Shown: piece after piece, positions 51,244 to 60,400 of the stretch
Layout: every line of letters starts with the position of its first letter
Numbering within the stretch: position 1 is the stretch's first letter
NCBI GenBank assembly: GCA_030429765.1
Contig: JAUIER010000003.1
Span: 80,402-144,401, forward strand
DNA: 64,000 bases
DNA from: a bacterium
GTDB taxonomy: Bacteria; Omnitrophota; Gorgyraeia; Zapsychrales; Zapsychraceae
Direction of reading: 5' to 3'
Notes under the pieces: generated by a model
Told to the model about the DNA's origin: nothing
Databases searched by the model: none
The model's input: only the letters and a program-made list of their open reading frames with translations
Translations under genes and position numbers: made by a program

Positions 51244-52506
51244 ATGGAAAAACTCGTTATTGAAGGCGGACTCCCGCTTTCCGGTGAAGTCAAAATCAGT
51301 GGATCAAAGAACGCCGCGCTGCCGATTCTCGCAGCCAGTCTTTTGACCGACGAACCCGTCATCCTCCGTAATGTCCCGATTCTGCGCGATACGACGACGA
51401 TGATCAAGCTGCTCAAGTCATTGGGTAAGATCGTTGAGATCGACGGAGACCGCGTCAAGATCACCAGCAACGGCAAGACACGTCACGTGGCGGAATACAA
51501 ACTGGTTTCGACGATGCGCGGTTCGTTTTGTGTACTCGGACCGTTGTTGGCCAAGCTCGGCAAGGCCAAGGTGTCATTGCCCGGCGGGTGTGTGATTGGA
51601 ATCCGTCCGGTCGATCTTCACCTTAAAGGAATAAAGGCGTTGGGCGCCAAGATTCAGATCGACGGCGGATATGTGATTTCCCGCGCCAAGAAGCTCAAGG
51701 GAACGCATATCTATCTCGGCGGAGTGTTTGGATCGTCCGTACTCGCGACGGCGAATGTGCTGATGGCGGCGGTGCTGGCGGAAGGCGAGACCGTGATCGA
51801 GTCGGCGGCGTGTGAACCCGAGATTGAAGATTTGAGCAATATGCTCAGGGCCATGGGCGCGCGTATTCGCGGCGTGGGCTCGCCGCGCTTGACGATTACC
51901 GGCGTAAAACGTTTACGCGGTGTTTCTTATCGCGTCATTCCTGATCGTATTGAAGCGGGAACTTATATTTTGATTGGAGCCGCAACGCGCAGCGATATCA
52001 AACTGCGCGGCGCAGATATCACCCATTTAATGGCGCTGACGGACAAGCTCAAGGAAGTCGGGGTCAAGGTCACGGCCAAGCGCGATGTCGTGAAGGTCAA
52101 ATGTAAAAAGAATTACAACCCGGTGAGTATCACGACGTATCCGTATCCGGGATTTCCGACGGATCTGCAGGCGCAGTTTATGGCGTTGATGACGATTGTC
52201 GAAGGCGTGAGCGTGATCACGGATAAAGTTTATCCGGACCGCTTTATTCACATCGCGGAATTGAATCGCATGGGCGCTAACATCCGCCGCGAAGGGATCA
52301 ACGCGATTGTGCAGGGAGTCAAAAAACTCAAAGGCGCGCAGGTGATGGCGTCGGATCTGCGGGCCTCGGCGGCGCTGGTAATCGCGGGCTTAGCGGCCAA
52401 AGGCCGGACCGAGATTCATCGGATTTACCATTTGGAACGGGGTTACGAATTATTGGATAAGAAATTGACGGCGTTGGGCGCGAAGGTTTGGCGGGAACGG
52501 GAATAG
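51244..52506 (+). CDS. murA: UDP-N-acetylglucosamine 1-carboxyvinyltransferase.
   Basis: KISGSKNAALPILAA, catalytic-Cys region LPGGCVIG. Confidence 0.95.
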   Translation: MEKLVIEGGLPLSGEVKISGSKNAALPILAASLLTDEPVILRNVPILRDTTTMIKLLKSLGKIVEIDGDRVKITSNGKTRHVAEYKLVSTMRGSFCVLGPLLAKLGKAKVSLPGGCVIGIRPVDLHLKGIKALGAKIQIDGGYVISRAKKLKGTHIYLGGVFGSSVLATANVLMAAVLAEGETVIESAACEPEIEDLSNMLRAMGARIRGVGSPRLTITGVKRLRGVSYRVIPDRIEAGTYILIGAATRSDIKLRGADITHLMALTDKLKEVGVKVTAKRDVVKVKCKKNYNPVSITTYPYPGFPTDLQAQFMALMTIVEGVSVITDKVYPDRFIHIAELNRMGANIRREGINAIVQGVKKLKGAQVMASDLRASAALVIAGLAAKGRTEIHRIYHLERGYELLDKKLTALGAKVWRERE

Positions 52507-52527
52507 CGACGAGATAGTGGAGCGCAT

Positions 52528-53091
52528 ATGATCTTAATGATAGACAACTACGATTCATTCACCTACAACCTGGTGCAGTATTTCGGTGAGCTGGGCGCGA
52601 ATCTCAAGGTGTACCGTAATGATATGATTTCGATTGAGGACATCCGCCGGATGCGGCCCAAAAAGATTGTGGTGTCGCCCGGGCCGAGTAATCCGGACCA
52701 TGCCGGGATTTCATTGGACGTCATCGACACGTTTAAAGGCAAGATTCCGATCCTCGGGGTATGTCTCGGACATCAATGTATGGGGCAGGCCTTCGGCGGC
52801 AAGATCATCCGGGCCAAAAAATTGATGCACGGTAAAACTTCAAAAATTAAACACGACGGCCAAGATTTATTCAAAGGCCTGGACAATCCGTTTGAAGCCA
52901 CGCGGTACCATTCGCTGGTGATCGAGCGCAAAAGCTGTCCCAAGTGTTTTGAGATTACGGCCTCGAGTGAAGACGGTGAGATTATGGGGATCCGTCATAA
53001 AGACTATCCGATGTGGGGCGTACAGTTTCATCCCGAGTCGATTTTGACCAAGGCGGGCAAACCGCTCTTGGGTAATTTTCTCAAACTATAG
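52528..53091 (+). CDS. trpG: Anthranilate/aminodeoxychorismate synthase glutamine amidotransferase component.
   Basis: MILMIDNYDSFTYNL, GVCLGHQ, HPES triad. Confidence 0.9.
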   Translation: MILMIDNYDSFTYNLVQYFGELGANLKVYRNDMISIEDIRRMRPKKIVVSPGPSNPDHAGISLDVIDTFKGKIPILGVCLGHQCMGQAFGGKIIRAKKLMHGKTSKIKHDGQDLFKGLDNPFEATRYHSLVIERKSCPKCFEITASSEDGEIMGIRHKDYPMWGVQFHPESILTKAGKPLLGNFLKL

Positions 53092-53103
53092 GATGGGATC
53101 CAA

Positions 53104-54129
53104 ATGAGCCATACGATTCGTTCATACGTGGACAAGATCCACAATCATGAGAATTTGACGCAGGACGAGATCGAAGTTGTCATGCAGGACATCATGTCCG
53201 GCGAGTCCAACCGCGAAGATATTGCCAGTTTTTTGTTGGCGCTGCGCGAGAAAGGCCCGACGATCGATGAGATTACCGGGGCGGCCCGGATTATGCGCCG
53301 GCATCTGGTCGGCGTGAATACCGTACACAAAGATATTCTTGATACGTGCGGGACCGGCGGTGACAAGACCAATACGTTCAATATCTCGACGGTGACGGCC
53401 CTGGTGGTGGCCGGAGCGGGGGCGGTCGTGGCCAAGCACGGAAATCGGTCGGTGTCGAGTAAGTGCGGTTCGGCCGATATTCTCGAAGCGCTCGATGTCA
53501 ATCTGGATATGGATACCTCCCGTCTGAACGCGTGTCTGGACGAAGTCGGCATCGCTTTTCTGTTTGCGCAAAAACTGCATCCGGCGATGAAGAATGTCGC
53601 GCCTGTGCGTAAGGAATTGGGTGTCGAGACGATCTTTAATCTGCTTGGGCCGTTGACGAATCCGGCCAATGCCACGCATCAGATGATCGGTGTGTACGCG
53701 CGTAAATATGTCAAGCCGATGGTGCAGGTGTTGAAGAACCTGGGATCCAAACGGGCATTGGTTGTGCATGGCGCGGACGGACTGGATGAGATCACAACGA
53801 CCGACAAGACATTTATCTGTGAGTACAACGGCGAGGAGATTTTTTCGTACGATATCGATCCCGACGAATTAGGCATACCGTTCGCCAAGCCTGAAGATCT
53901 CAAAGGCGGTCATCTGGAAGACAATGTCAGAATTGTCCGCGAGATCCTCGACGGAGCGCCCGGACCGAAAAGGGATATCGTTCTGTTGAATTCGGCGTAC
54001 GCGTTGTATATCAGCGAGAAGGCGGCGAATATTGAAGATGGTTTACAGATGGCGCGTGATTCGATCGACAGTGGAAAGGCCAAGGCCAAGCTGGCACAAC
54101 TAAGGGATTTTACCCATGAGCGGACATGA
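53104..54129 (+). CDS. trpD: Anthranilate phosphoribosyltransferase.
   Basis: DTCGTGGDKTNTFNIST, KHGNRSVSSKCGSAD. Confidence 0.93.
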   Translation: MSHTIRSYVDKIHNHENLTQDEIEVVMQDIMSGESNREDIASFLLALREKGPTIDEITGAARIMRRHLVGVNTVHKDILDTCGTGGDKTNTFNISTVTALVVAGAGAVVAKHGNRSVSSKCGSADILEALDVNLDMDTSRLNACLDEVGIAFLFAQKLHPAMKNVAPVRKELGVETIFNLLGPLTNPANATHQMIGVYARKYVKPMVQVLKNLGSKRALVVHGADGLDEITTTDKTFICEYNGEEIFSYDIDPDELGIPFAKPEDLKGGHLEDNVRIVREILDGAPGPKRDIVLLNSAYALYISEKAANIEDGLQMARDSIDSGKAKAKLAQLRDFTHERT

Positions 54130-54907
54130 TTTTCTGCAGGAGATCGTCGAGTACAAAAAAGAATGCAACCGCTTAAAGGCGGAGTACTACACGGCGATTC
54201 GCAACAAGATTGATCTCTCCGAATACTGCCGTTACGGGGTCTTTGCCAAGTCGGTGGGACGCGAAGGGCAGGTTAATCTGATCGCTGAGATCAAGAAGGC
54301 CTCGCCGTCCAAAGGGGTGATCCGTGAGCCGTTTGATGTGCTCGAGATCGCCAAGACATACACCGAACACAAGGCGGCGGCCATCTCTGTTCTCACCGAA
54401 GACAAATATTTTTTAGGACGACCGGATTACGTCAAGAAGGTCAGCGAACAGTTTACGGTGCCGGTCCTGATGAAGGACTTTTTCATTCATGAAAACCAGA
54501 TCTACGAGGCGCTGGTCAAGGGGGCCAGTGCGATCCTGCTGATTTGCGCGATACTCTCCGATGAGCAGTTAAAGCAATTATTGTCGGTGGCGAACGCTTT
54601 GGACCTGGACTGTCTGGTCGAGACGCATGATGAGACCGAGGTCAAGCGGGCGATTGACGTCGGCGCCGAGATCATCGGGGTGAACAATCGCGATCTACAT
54701 ACATTTGAGGTGTCGATGCAGACGAGTCTGGATTTGATCCCCAAGATTCCCCGGGATCGAATCGCGGTCGCCGAGAGCGGGATCCGGACCAACGCGGACA
54801 TTCGGCAGCTCAAAGAGGTGGGGGCCAAGGCGGTTTTAATTGGAGAAACATTTATGCGCGCAGAGGACATCGGCGCCAAGGTTGACGAGATTATGTCAGG
54901 CGGCTAA
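54116..54907 (+). CDS. trpC: Indole-3-glycerol-phosphate synthase.
   Basis: IAEIKKASPSKG, NNRDL, GESG-like (AESGI). Confidence 0.92.
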   Translation: MSGHDFLQEIVEYKKECNRLKAEYYTAIRNKIDLSEYCRYGVFAKSVGREGQVNLIAEIKKASPSKGVIREPFDVLEIAKTYTEHKAAAISVLTEDKYFLGRPDYVKKVSEQFTVPVLMKDFFIHENQIYEALVKGASAILLICAILSDEQLKQLLSVANALDLDCLVETHDETEVKRAIDVGAEIIGVNNRDLHTFEVSMQTSLDLIPKIPRDRIAVAESGIRTNADIRQLKEVGAKAVLIGETFMRAEDIGAKVDEIMSGG

Positions 54908-54922
54908 CACGGAGGAAGAGGA

Positions 54923-55537
54923 ATGACGATGAAAGTTAAGATGTGTGGGATTACCAATCATGAAGACGCGCAGAAGGCGGTTTATTACGGGGCCTATGCC
55001 GTCGGATTTATTTTTCATAAAAAAAGTCCGCGCTACGTATCACCGAGTAAAGCGCGAAAATTAATCGAAGGATTGCCGCCGTTTATCGTGCCGGTCGGTG
55101 TCTTCGTTGATCTCAAGGAAAAGGCGGTGCGGGATATCTGCAAGTTCACCCGGATCAAGACGGTCCAGTTTCACGGTGATGAAAAGCCGATCTACTGCAA
55201 GCGCTTTTCCGATTACAAGATCATCAAGGCCTTTCGGGTCAATGACATGTTTGATTTTGTCGGCGTCAAGAAGTACAAGGTCGACGCCTATCTGTTTGAT
55301 ACCTACCAGGAAAATGTCCTTGGGGGGACGGGAAAGACGTTCAACTGGGACCTGCTCAAAGGGCATAAGTTTGATAAACCCGTCATTCTCTCCGGCGGAT
55401 TGACCTCATCCAATGTGGCCGAAGGGATCGCCGCGGTGGATCCGTACGCCGTGGATGTCTCCAGCGGCATCGAGAAGTCGCCGGGGATCAAGGATCCCCG
55501 CAAAATCCGGGCGTTCATGAAGGCCCTGGACGTCTAA
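54923..55537 (+). CDS. trpF: Phosphoribosylanthranilate isomerase.
   Basis: VKMCGITNHEDA...LSGGL. Confidence 0.9.
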   Translation: MTMKVKMCGITNHEDAQKAVYYGAYAVGFIFHKKSPRYVSPSKARKLIEGLPPFIVPVGVFVDLKEKAVRDICKFTRIKTVQFHGDEKPIYCKRFSDYKIIKAFRVNDMFDFVGVKKYKVDAYLFDTYQENVLGGTGKTFNWDLLKGHKFDKPVILSGGLTSSNVAEGIAAVDPYAVDVSSGIEKSPGIKDPRKIRAFMKALDV

Positions 55538-55659
55538 ATCCCCGCACACTATCTGTTTTGTATTGATCCGATGGATCGGTCCGTCGAGGTATCCCGGACT
55601 GTCCCGGACACATTTTTGAAGCATAGTTGAAAGCTACTCATTTGTAATGACTTACAGGC

Positions 55660-55689
55660 TTGTCCCCTGTGGATAACTATGTTATATTT
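55660..55689 (+). promoter_or_regulatory. Promoter candidate for the downstream structured RNA: -35 TTGTCC (55660-55665), 18-nt spacer, -10 TATATT (55684-55689).
   Basis: The predicted TSS (~55695) coincides with the first nucleotide of the 12-bp closing stem. Confidence 0.35.
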
Positions 55690-55694
55690 GAATT

Positions 55695-55978
55695 AAGCCG
55701 ATAAAGGTAAACCCGGGGAAACCCGGGGACTTTCGAGTCTTACCGACTTGGAACTGCGCGGTTATGAGGCGCGCGGACAAAACCAACAGACCTAAATTGT
55801 TAACGACTACGAGGCCCGTTCGGGCGTTCAGCGCCGGGGCACACAATCCAAGCAGAAGAGTCTAGGACAAGATGGTGGCTGGGTTGCCGAAGTGCGGTGA
55901 GGGAGACATCCTCATCTTTATCGGCTTATTTTTCTCTCTTACCCATACCGTAAAAACACCCGTTTTTGCGGTTTTTTT
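55695..55978 (+). ncRNA. Candidate structured small RNA of unknown class (~285 nt).
   Basis: A 12-nt 5' segment AAGCCGATAAAG (55695-55706) is perfectly complementary to CTTTATCGGCTT (55916-55927), enclosing 233 nt. Inside are the tandem repeat AAACCCGGGG x2 and several GC hairpins (GCCCG-TT-CGGGC, GGCG-TTCAG-CGCC). It ends in an intrinsic terminator (55948-55978). No ORF longer than 60 aa lies in it. It sits in a 570-bp non-coding gap at the boundary of a low-GC islet. Confidence 0.4.
55948..55978 (+). terminator. Rho-independent terminator: CCGTAAAAAC-ACCC-GTTTTTGCGG (one G.U pair) followed by TTTTTTT.
   Basis: 10-bp stem, 4-nt loop, 7-U tract, read directly from the sequence. Confidence 0.65.
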
Positions 55979-56105
55979 GTGTCTACGGTGTTGGTTCTGG
56001 TAGAATAGTAGGAATTAACTGCGCGGGGCTTCACGAACTTCCAATCCTGCAGCAGTTTTTCCAGTGTGATTAAGCAAGCAAAATTAAGAAATATTTCGAT
56101 TGTAA

Positions 56106-56492
56106 ATGACTAACAATTCAATATTTTCATTTCCTCCTGATTTTGAAGTGGAGTATAAATTTTTGACAGTGGACGAGGCCGGTAGAAAAACTGGAACTCC
56201 CTTTCAGGGTTACCGGAGCAATTGGCTATATGAAGGGGATGACCCAATTGCCGACGGCATTTATATGATTCATCCTGAATTTCTGGATGAAGACGGAAAA
56301 AGTTTTCAAAAGAATAGGAAGGTTCCTGCAAAAGGCCTGGCCAGAATGGTAGTAGTCAATCCAGCTAAGAGACCTTATCATCAAAAGAAAATAAAAGTTG
56401 GAACAAGAGGTTTTTTTGTCGAGGGAAATCGGAAAGTGGCAATGGCAACCGTAACGAAGGTGCTTGGTTTGCATACCAATAAAACAACTTAG
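56106..56492 (+). CDS. Hypothetical protein (128 aa), encoded in a low-GC islet.
   Basis: Clean ORF with no recognisable motif. AT-rich codon usage unlike the neighbouring genes. Confidence 0.5.
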   Translation: MTNNSIFSFPPDFEVEYKFLTVDEAGRKTGTPFQGYRSNWLYEGDDPIADGIYMIHPEFLDEDGKSFQKNRKVPAKGLARMVVVNPAKRPYHQKKIKVGTRGFFVEGNRKVAMATVTKVLGLHTNKTT

Positions 56493-56542
56493 TAGAAAAT
56501 TCTCATTCCATAACAGGGATAGGATTTTTCAAAGATAATTGA

Positions 56543-57247
56543 ATGACGTATATTAGAATTTTTGCCTTGGTGCTTAGCGTTATTTTAACGGCCGGGTGTG
56601 CTACCGTTGTTCGGGATCAATTACCGGCAGTCCAAAAATTTTCGACATCTGAGGAAGCTTTCAGCGTATACGTGCTGAATCATGGATGGCATACAGGACT
56701 GGTGATCAGGCGTTCTGATATCCCTGACCATCTTTGTCCCGAAAGTGAAGATTTTGCTAAGTATGAGTATCTCGAAATTGGATGGGGCGATCAAGGTTTT
56801 TACCAGGCTCAGAAAATCACTTTGGGTATTACTATCCGGGCGATCTTTTGGCCGTCCAAAAGCGTACTACATGTGGTGGGATTTAATGGGTCAGTTGAGG
56901 CATATTTTGAAACCAGTGATATTGTACGAGTTGATCTTTCGGAACAGGGATTTAACAAAATATGCATGTTTATTCATGAAACGTTCAAGAGGGAGCAGGT
57001 TGATCTACGAGCTTCGTCTATCGGACCGGGTTTGTACGGGGATAGTAAATTCTACAGAGCTCGCGGGAGATACTACTTTCCTAAAACGTGTAATGTTTGG
57101 ACCGCAAGGGCCCTACGTAAAGGTGGTTGTCCGATAACACCTATTTACGCTGTGACATCCGGCAATACGCTGAATCAGACCAAGAAGTTTGGAGTAATTG
57201 TTAGGGAGTTCCTAGAGTCGTATAAAGCTTCAGGTAGAAAAAAATAA
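56543..57247 (+). CDS. Lipoprotein of the DUF2459/TIGR02117-like family (tentative).
   Basis: Lipobox LTAGC. Conserved-looking core YVLNHGWHTGLVI...EIGWGD. Low-GC like the preceding gene. Confidence 0.5.
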   Translation: MTYIRIFALVLSVILTAGCATVVRDQLPAVQKFSTSEEAFSVYVLNHGWHTGLVIRRSDIPDHLCPESEDFAKYEYLEIGWGDQGFYQAQKITLGITIRAIFWPSKSVLHVVGFNGSVEAYFETSDIVRVDLSEQGFNKICMFIHETFKREQVDLRASSIGPGLYGDSKFYRARGRYYFPKTCNVWTARALRKGGCPITPIYAVTSGNTLNQTKKFGVIVREFLESYKASGRKK

Positions 57248-57477
57248 GTGGATGGTCGAAGTCTCTCCAATCTTGAAAGAATTGGTATCAGAAATCCCTA
57301 AAGTAAAGCAGGGCATAAGTTTAGGTCGTAATTCATTATATTAGCGAAGAGGCCTGTCCCTTTTCGGGGACTGTCCCCTTTGGGGGAGCCGTTCGGGCTT
57401 GCCTATAATACTAATATATCGTATAATTAGTGTATTACTGGTTCCCCACCGTAAGCTTTAGTTTCCACCCATAGTCT

Positions 57478-60400
57478 ATGTTGATTTCAATCAAACGGCA
57501 TTTCCGTCATCCGTTGTTTTGCGCGTTGGTGTCGATGCTGACATGTCAGTTATCATTTGCTGTCCCTGGCGTTGCGTCTACGCAAGCCTCGCAGGGAGTG
57601 GCTCTGCCTGAACCCGGCACGCTGGTGATGCCGAGCGCCGATTTTTATGCCCCGGTCCTCAAAGGGGTTCAAATCCATCCCGACCAGCCGTTTCATTTTG
57701 AATTTATTGTCGATCAGGGCGATCAGTCGATTTCCTTAAGCCAACTGGAGGCCGAGTCGTATCGCTTGATCAAATATTTTATGGCCGCCCTGGCCGTGCC
57801 TGAGCAGGACATGTGGGTGAACTTATCGCCCAATGATCATGATCGGGCGATCCCCGACAAATTCGCCCTGACCGCTATGGGACGTGATCTGCTCGCGCAG
57901 GATTATCTGCTCAAACAATTATCGGCGTCGATGATGTATCCCGAACATCGGCTTGGTGAAGATTTCTGGCAACGCGTGCGGCACTTGGCCCATCAACGCT
58001 TGGGCGTGACCGACATTCCCGTCAACACATTCAATAAAGTCTGGATCGTACCCGAACGGGCCGTGGTGTATCAAGACGGATATACCGCGTATGTGTCCGA
58101 AGGCCGGCTCAAGGTCATGCTGCAGTCGGACTATCAAGCCAGCGCATCCAGCCCGATGGGCGCGGGCAATCCCGACGATTCCACCGACCGGTTAGCCCAG
58201 GACATTTATCGTGAAGTGATTATTCCGGAACTGGAGCGAGAGGTGAATACCGGTCGACAGTTTGCCCGTTTGCGCCAGATCTATCATTCGTTGATTCTCG
58301 CGACGTGGTATCGCGAAGTCCTTGAGGACAGTTTGATCAATCAAGTGTATGCCGGACAGAATAAGATCCATGGCATTGAGATCGACGATCCCCGGGCCAA
58401 AGACGCGATCTATCAGCAATACATGGACGCGTTTCGCAAGGGCGTCTACAACTACATCCGCGAAGACTATGATCAATTGAAGGATCAGGTGATCCCGCGG
58501 CAGTACATGTCGGGCGGGATGCAGATCGTGCCGCGGATAGAGATTACCGACGACGCGCGCTCCGTCCGCACGCGCGGAGATCTGGCGATGGTCTCCACGC
58601 AACTGAATCTGCGCGGTGCCAACCGCACGATTGAGATCGCGGCGGATCTCGACGACAGTATCTTTGCCGGGATGCGAAAGAACGGCCGGCCCAAGGTTCA
58701 GTTAACGCATGCGGATCACGCCGAGCTCAAGGGATACCGTCCGGATGGAGAGACGGTCACACTTTTTACCTCACTACGTCAGCGGGTATACGGCCTGGAA
58801 ATTTCCGATGAGGGCGAACTCACGCACGTTTATCCTAACAATAAAAAAGACAAACCGGTGGCTTGGGCCTGGATTCGTGACGACGCCGGCCGGCGGACCG
58901 GAATTGTCGTCGGAGACAAGCGGACGCACGCGTCGCTGGGATACGGAACAAGTGCGGTCAAGATTAACGGGTGGATCGACACGCCGATTATAGCAAGTCA
59001 GCAGCGGCAGGACGCGGCCTTGATCCGCATCGGTCCACAGGCCCTGGGTAAACGACAACTCTTTGCGGTGTTGCCGCCGGATGCGGCCGGCGAAACATTG
59101 GCGGTGCGCTATGAAGACGGTTTTCCGACGGCAGTTCGTCTGAGAGACGGGACCGTTGTTCCTGTTGGTCTGATCCGGAATCAGTATAATCAGGTGATCA
59201 AAGCCACGAACGGTTCGGCCGGTTTTGTTAAGCCGGATCGTGAGACAGCCACCAGCTACGAAAATATCCGAACGGATGCAGAGGGCATAGCGCGTTTGGG
59301 ATTCCGTCTCGAGCGAGTGGCCGACGGGGCCGGCTGGGCCAGTCTCCTGGTTGACCAATCAGTGGTGATCGCTCATGATATTTTTGATCAGCCGCGTCAC
59401 CAAACCTACGGACACGTGATCCGCAATCACCATGATGTCATCATTGCCGCCGCGTGGCGGGAACCCGACCAAGACCAACGGGAGGTAAACCCCAAGCCGT
59501 TGATGATCGTTCGCGATCTCCAAACACACCGGCCGAAGTACTCGGCGGCACCAACCAAATTCAAAGACACCGGCGACGCGATCGTGACCGGACGTCGTTT
59601 ATCGAAACACGGCAAGATTTATATCGGCGGACATTCGCTGAGTTTGGGGGCGACGTATGCCGATGCGCCGGTGGAATTGCTATGGCTGCCCAGCCAGGGT
59701 TATCTGCTGGTCGATGTCTTAAGTGAACGTGATCGTGAGGCGTTTGTGTTTGACTTGAATCGTGACGAAACCGTCACCGCCGAACAGCTAACTCTCGTCG
59801 ACAAATACCTGTCTGAGCTTGGGCTGGAATGGTATCTGGATCCGGCAGAGAAGGCGTATCGTTATGATCTCATCAATGAGTTGATGTCGGATCCGTTGTT
59901 CGCACAGCTGAATTTAAGATTATTTTCAACGCATCCGGCGGATTTACAGACCATTCAGTCTCAGTTGACTGTGCGCCGTCACATGCCGGTCAGGATTTGG
60001 GATCAGGCCCTGGATATCGCCGCCCGACGGATCGATCAATATAAACGCGATTATCCCGATCAGGTCGTCAACGGCAAGATTCCGATGCGGATCAAGCAGT
60101 CGATCATTCGCGATGTGTCGGACGAGGCCTGGTTGATGATCAATGCCGAACGTCCGCTGACGGAGAGCCCATCGGCTCAAATCTTTGAATCGTCGTCAAA
60201 CGAAACCGATGCGGCCATGACCAGCGATGGACCCACGCGGGCTGATATCGAACGGCTGTTCAAGGCGATTCTGGAAATTTACCGGTCCTACGCCGACGGT
60301 GAATTGGAGGACTATCCCACGGCGATGCGCCGGCTGGAGGCATTGGCCGAGCAGACCGCGTCGAATCCGGTCCTGCAGAGTTTTGTCCATGACCGGAAGA

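Noticed and set aside
53122-53769. 215-aa and 176-aa minus-strand ORFs
   Set aside because: Both antisense to trpD, which is unambiguous.
55708-55727. Tandem direct repeat AAACCCGGGG x2 as a possible CRISPR or microsatellite
   Set aside because: Only two copies with no spacers. More likely part of the RNA's local structure (CCCGGG is self-complementary).
55695-55978. tmRNA (ssrA) or tRNA as the identity of the structured RNA candidate
   Set aside because: No GGTTCGANTCC T-loop, no CCA-adjacent acceptor pairing of the expected 7 bp, and no tag-like reading frame ending ...ALAA-stop. The 12-bp closing stem is too long for an acceptor stem. RNase P and SRP consensus stretches were also not seen.
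58774-59358. 194-aa minus-strand ORF and other short ORFs listed between 57.9 and 63.7 kb
   Set aside because: All lie inside the giant + strand ORF and are shadow frames of a GC-rich coding region.
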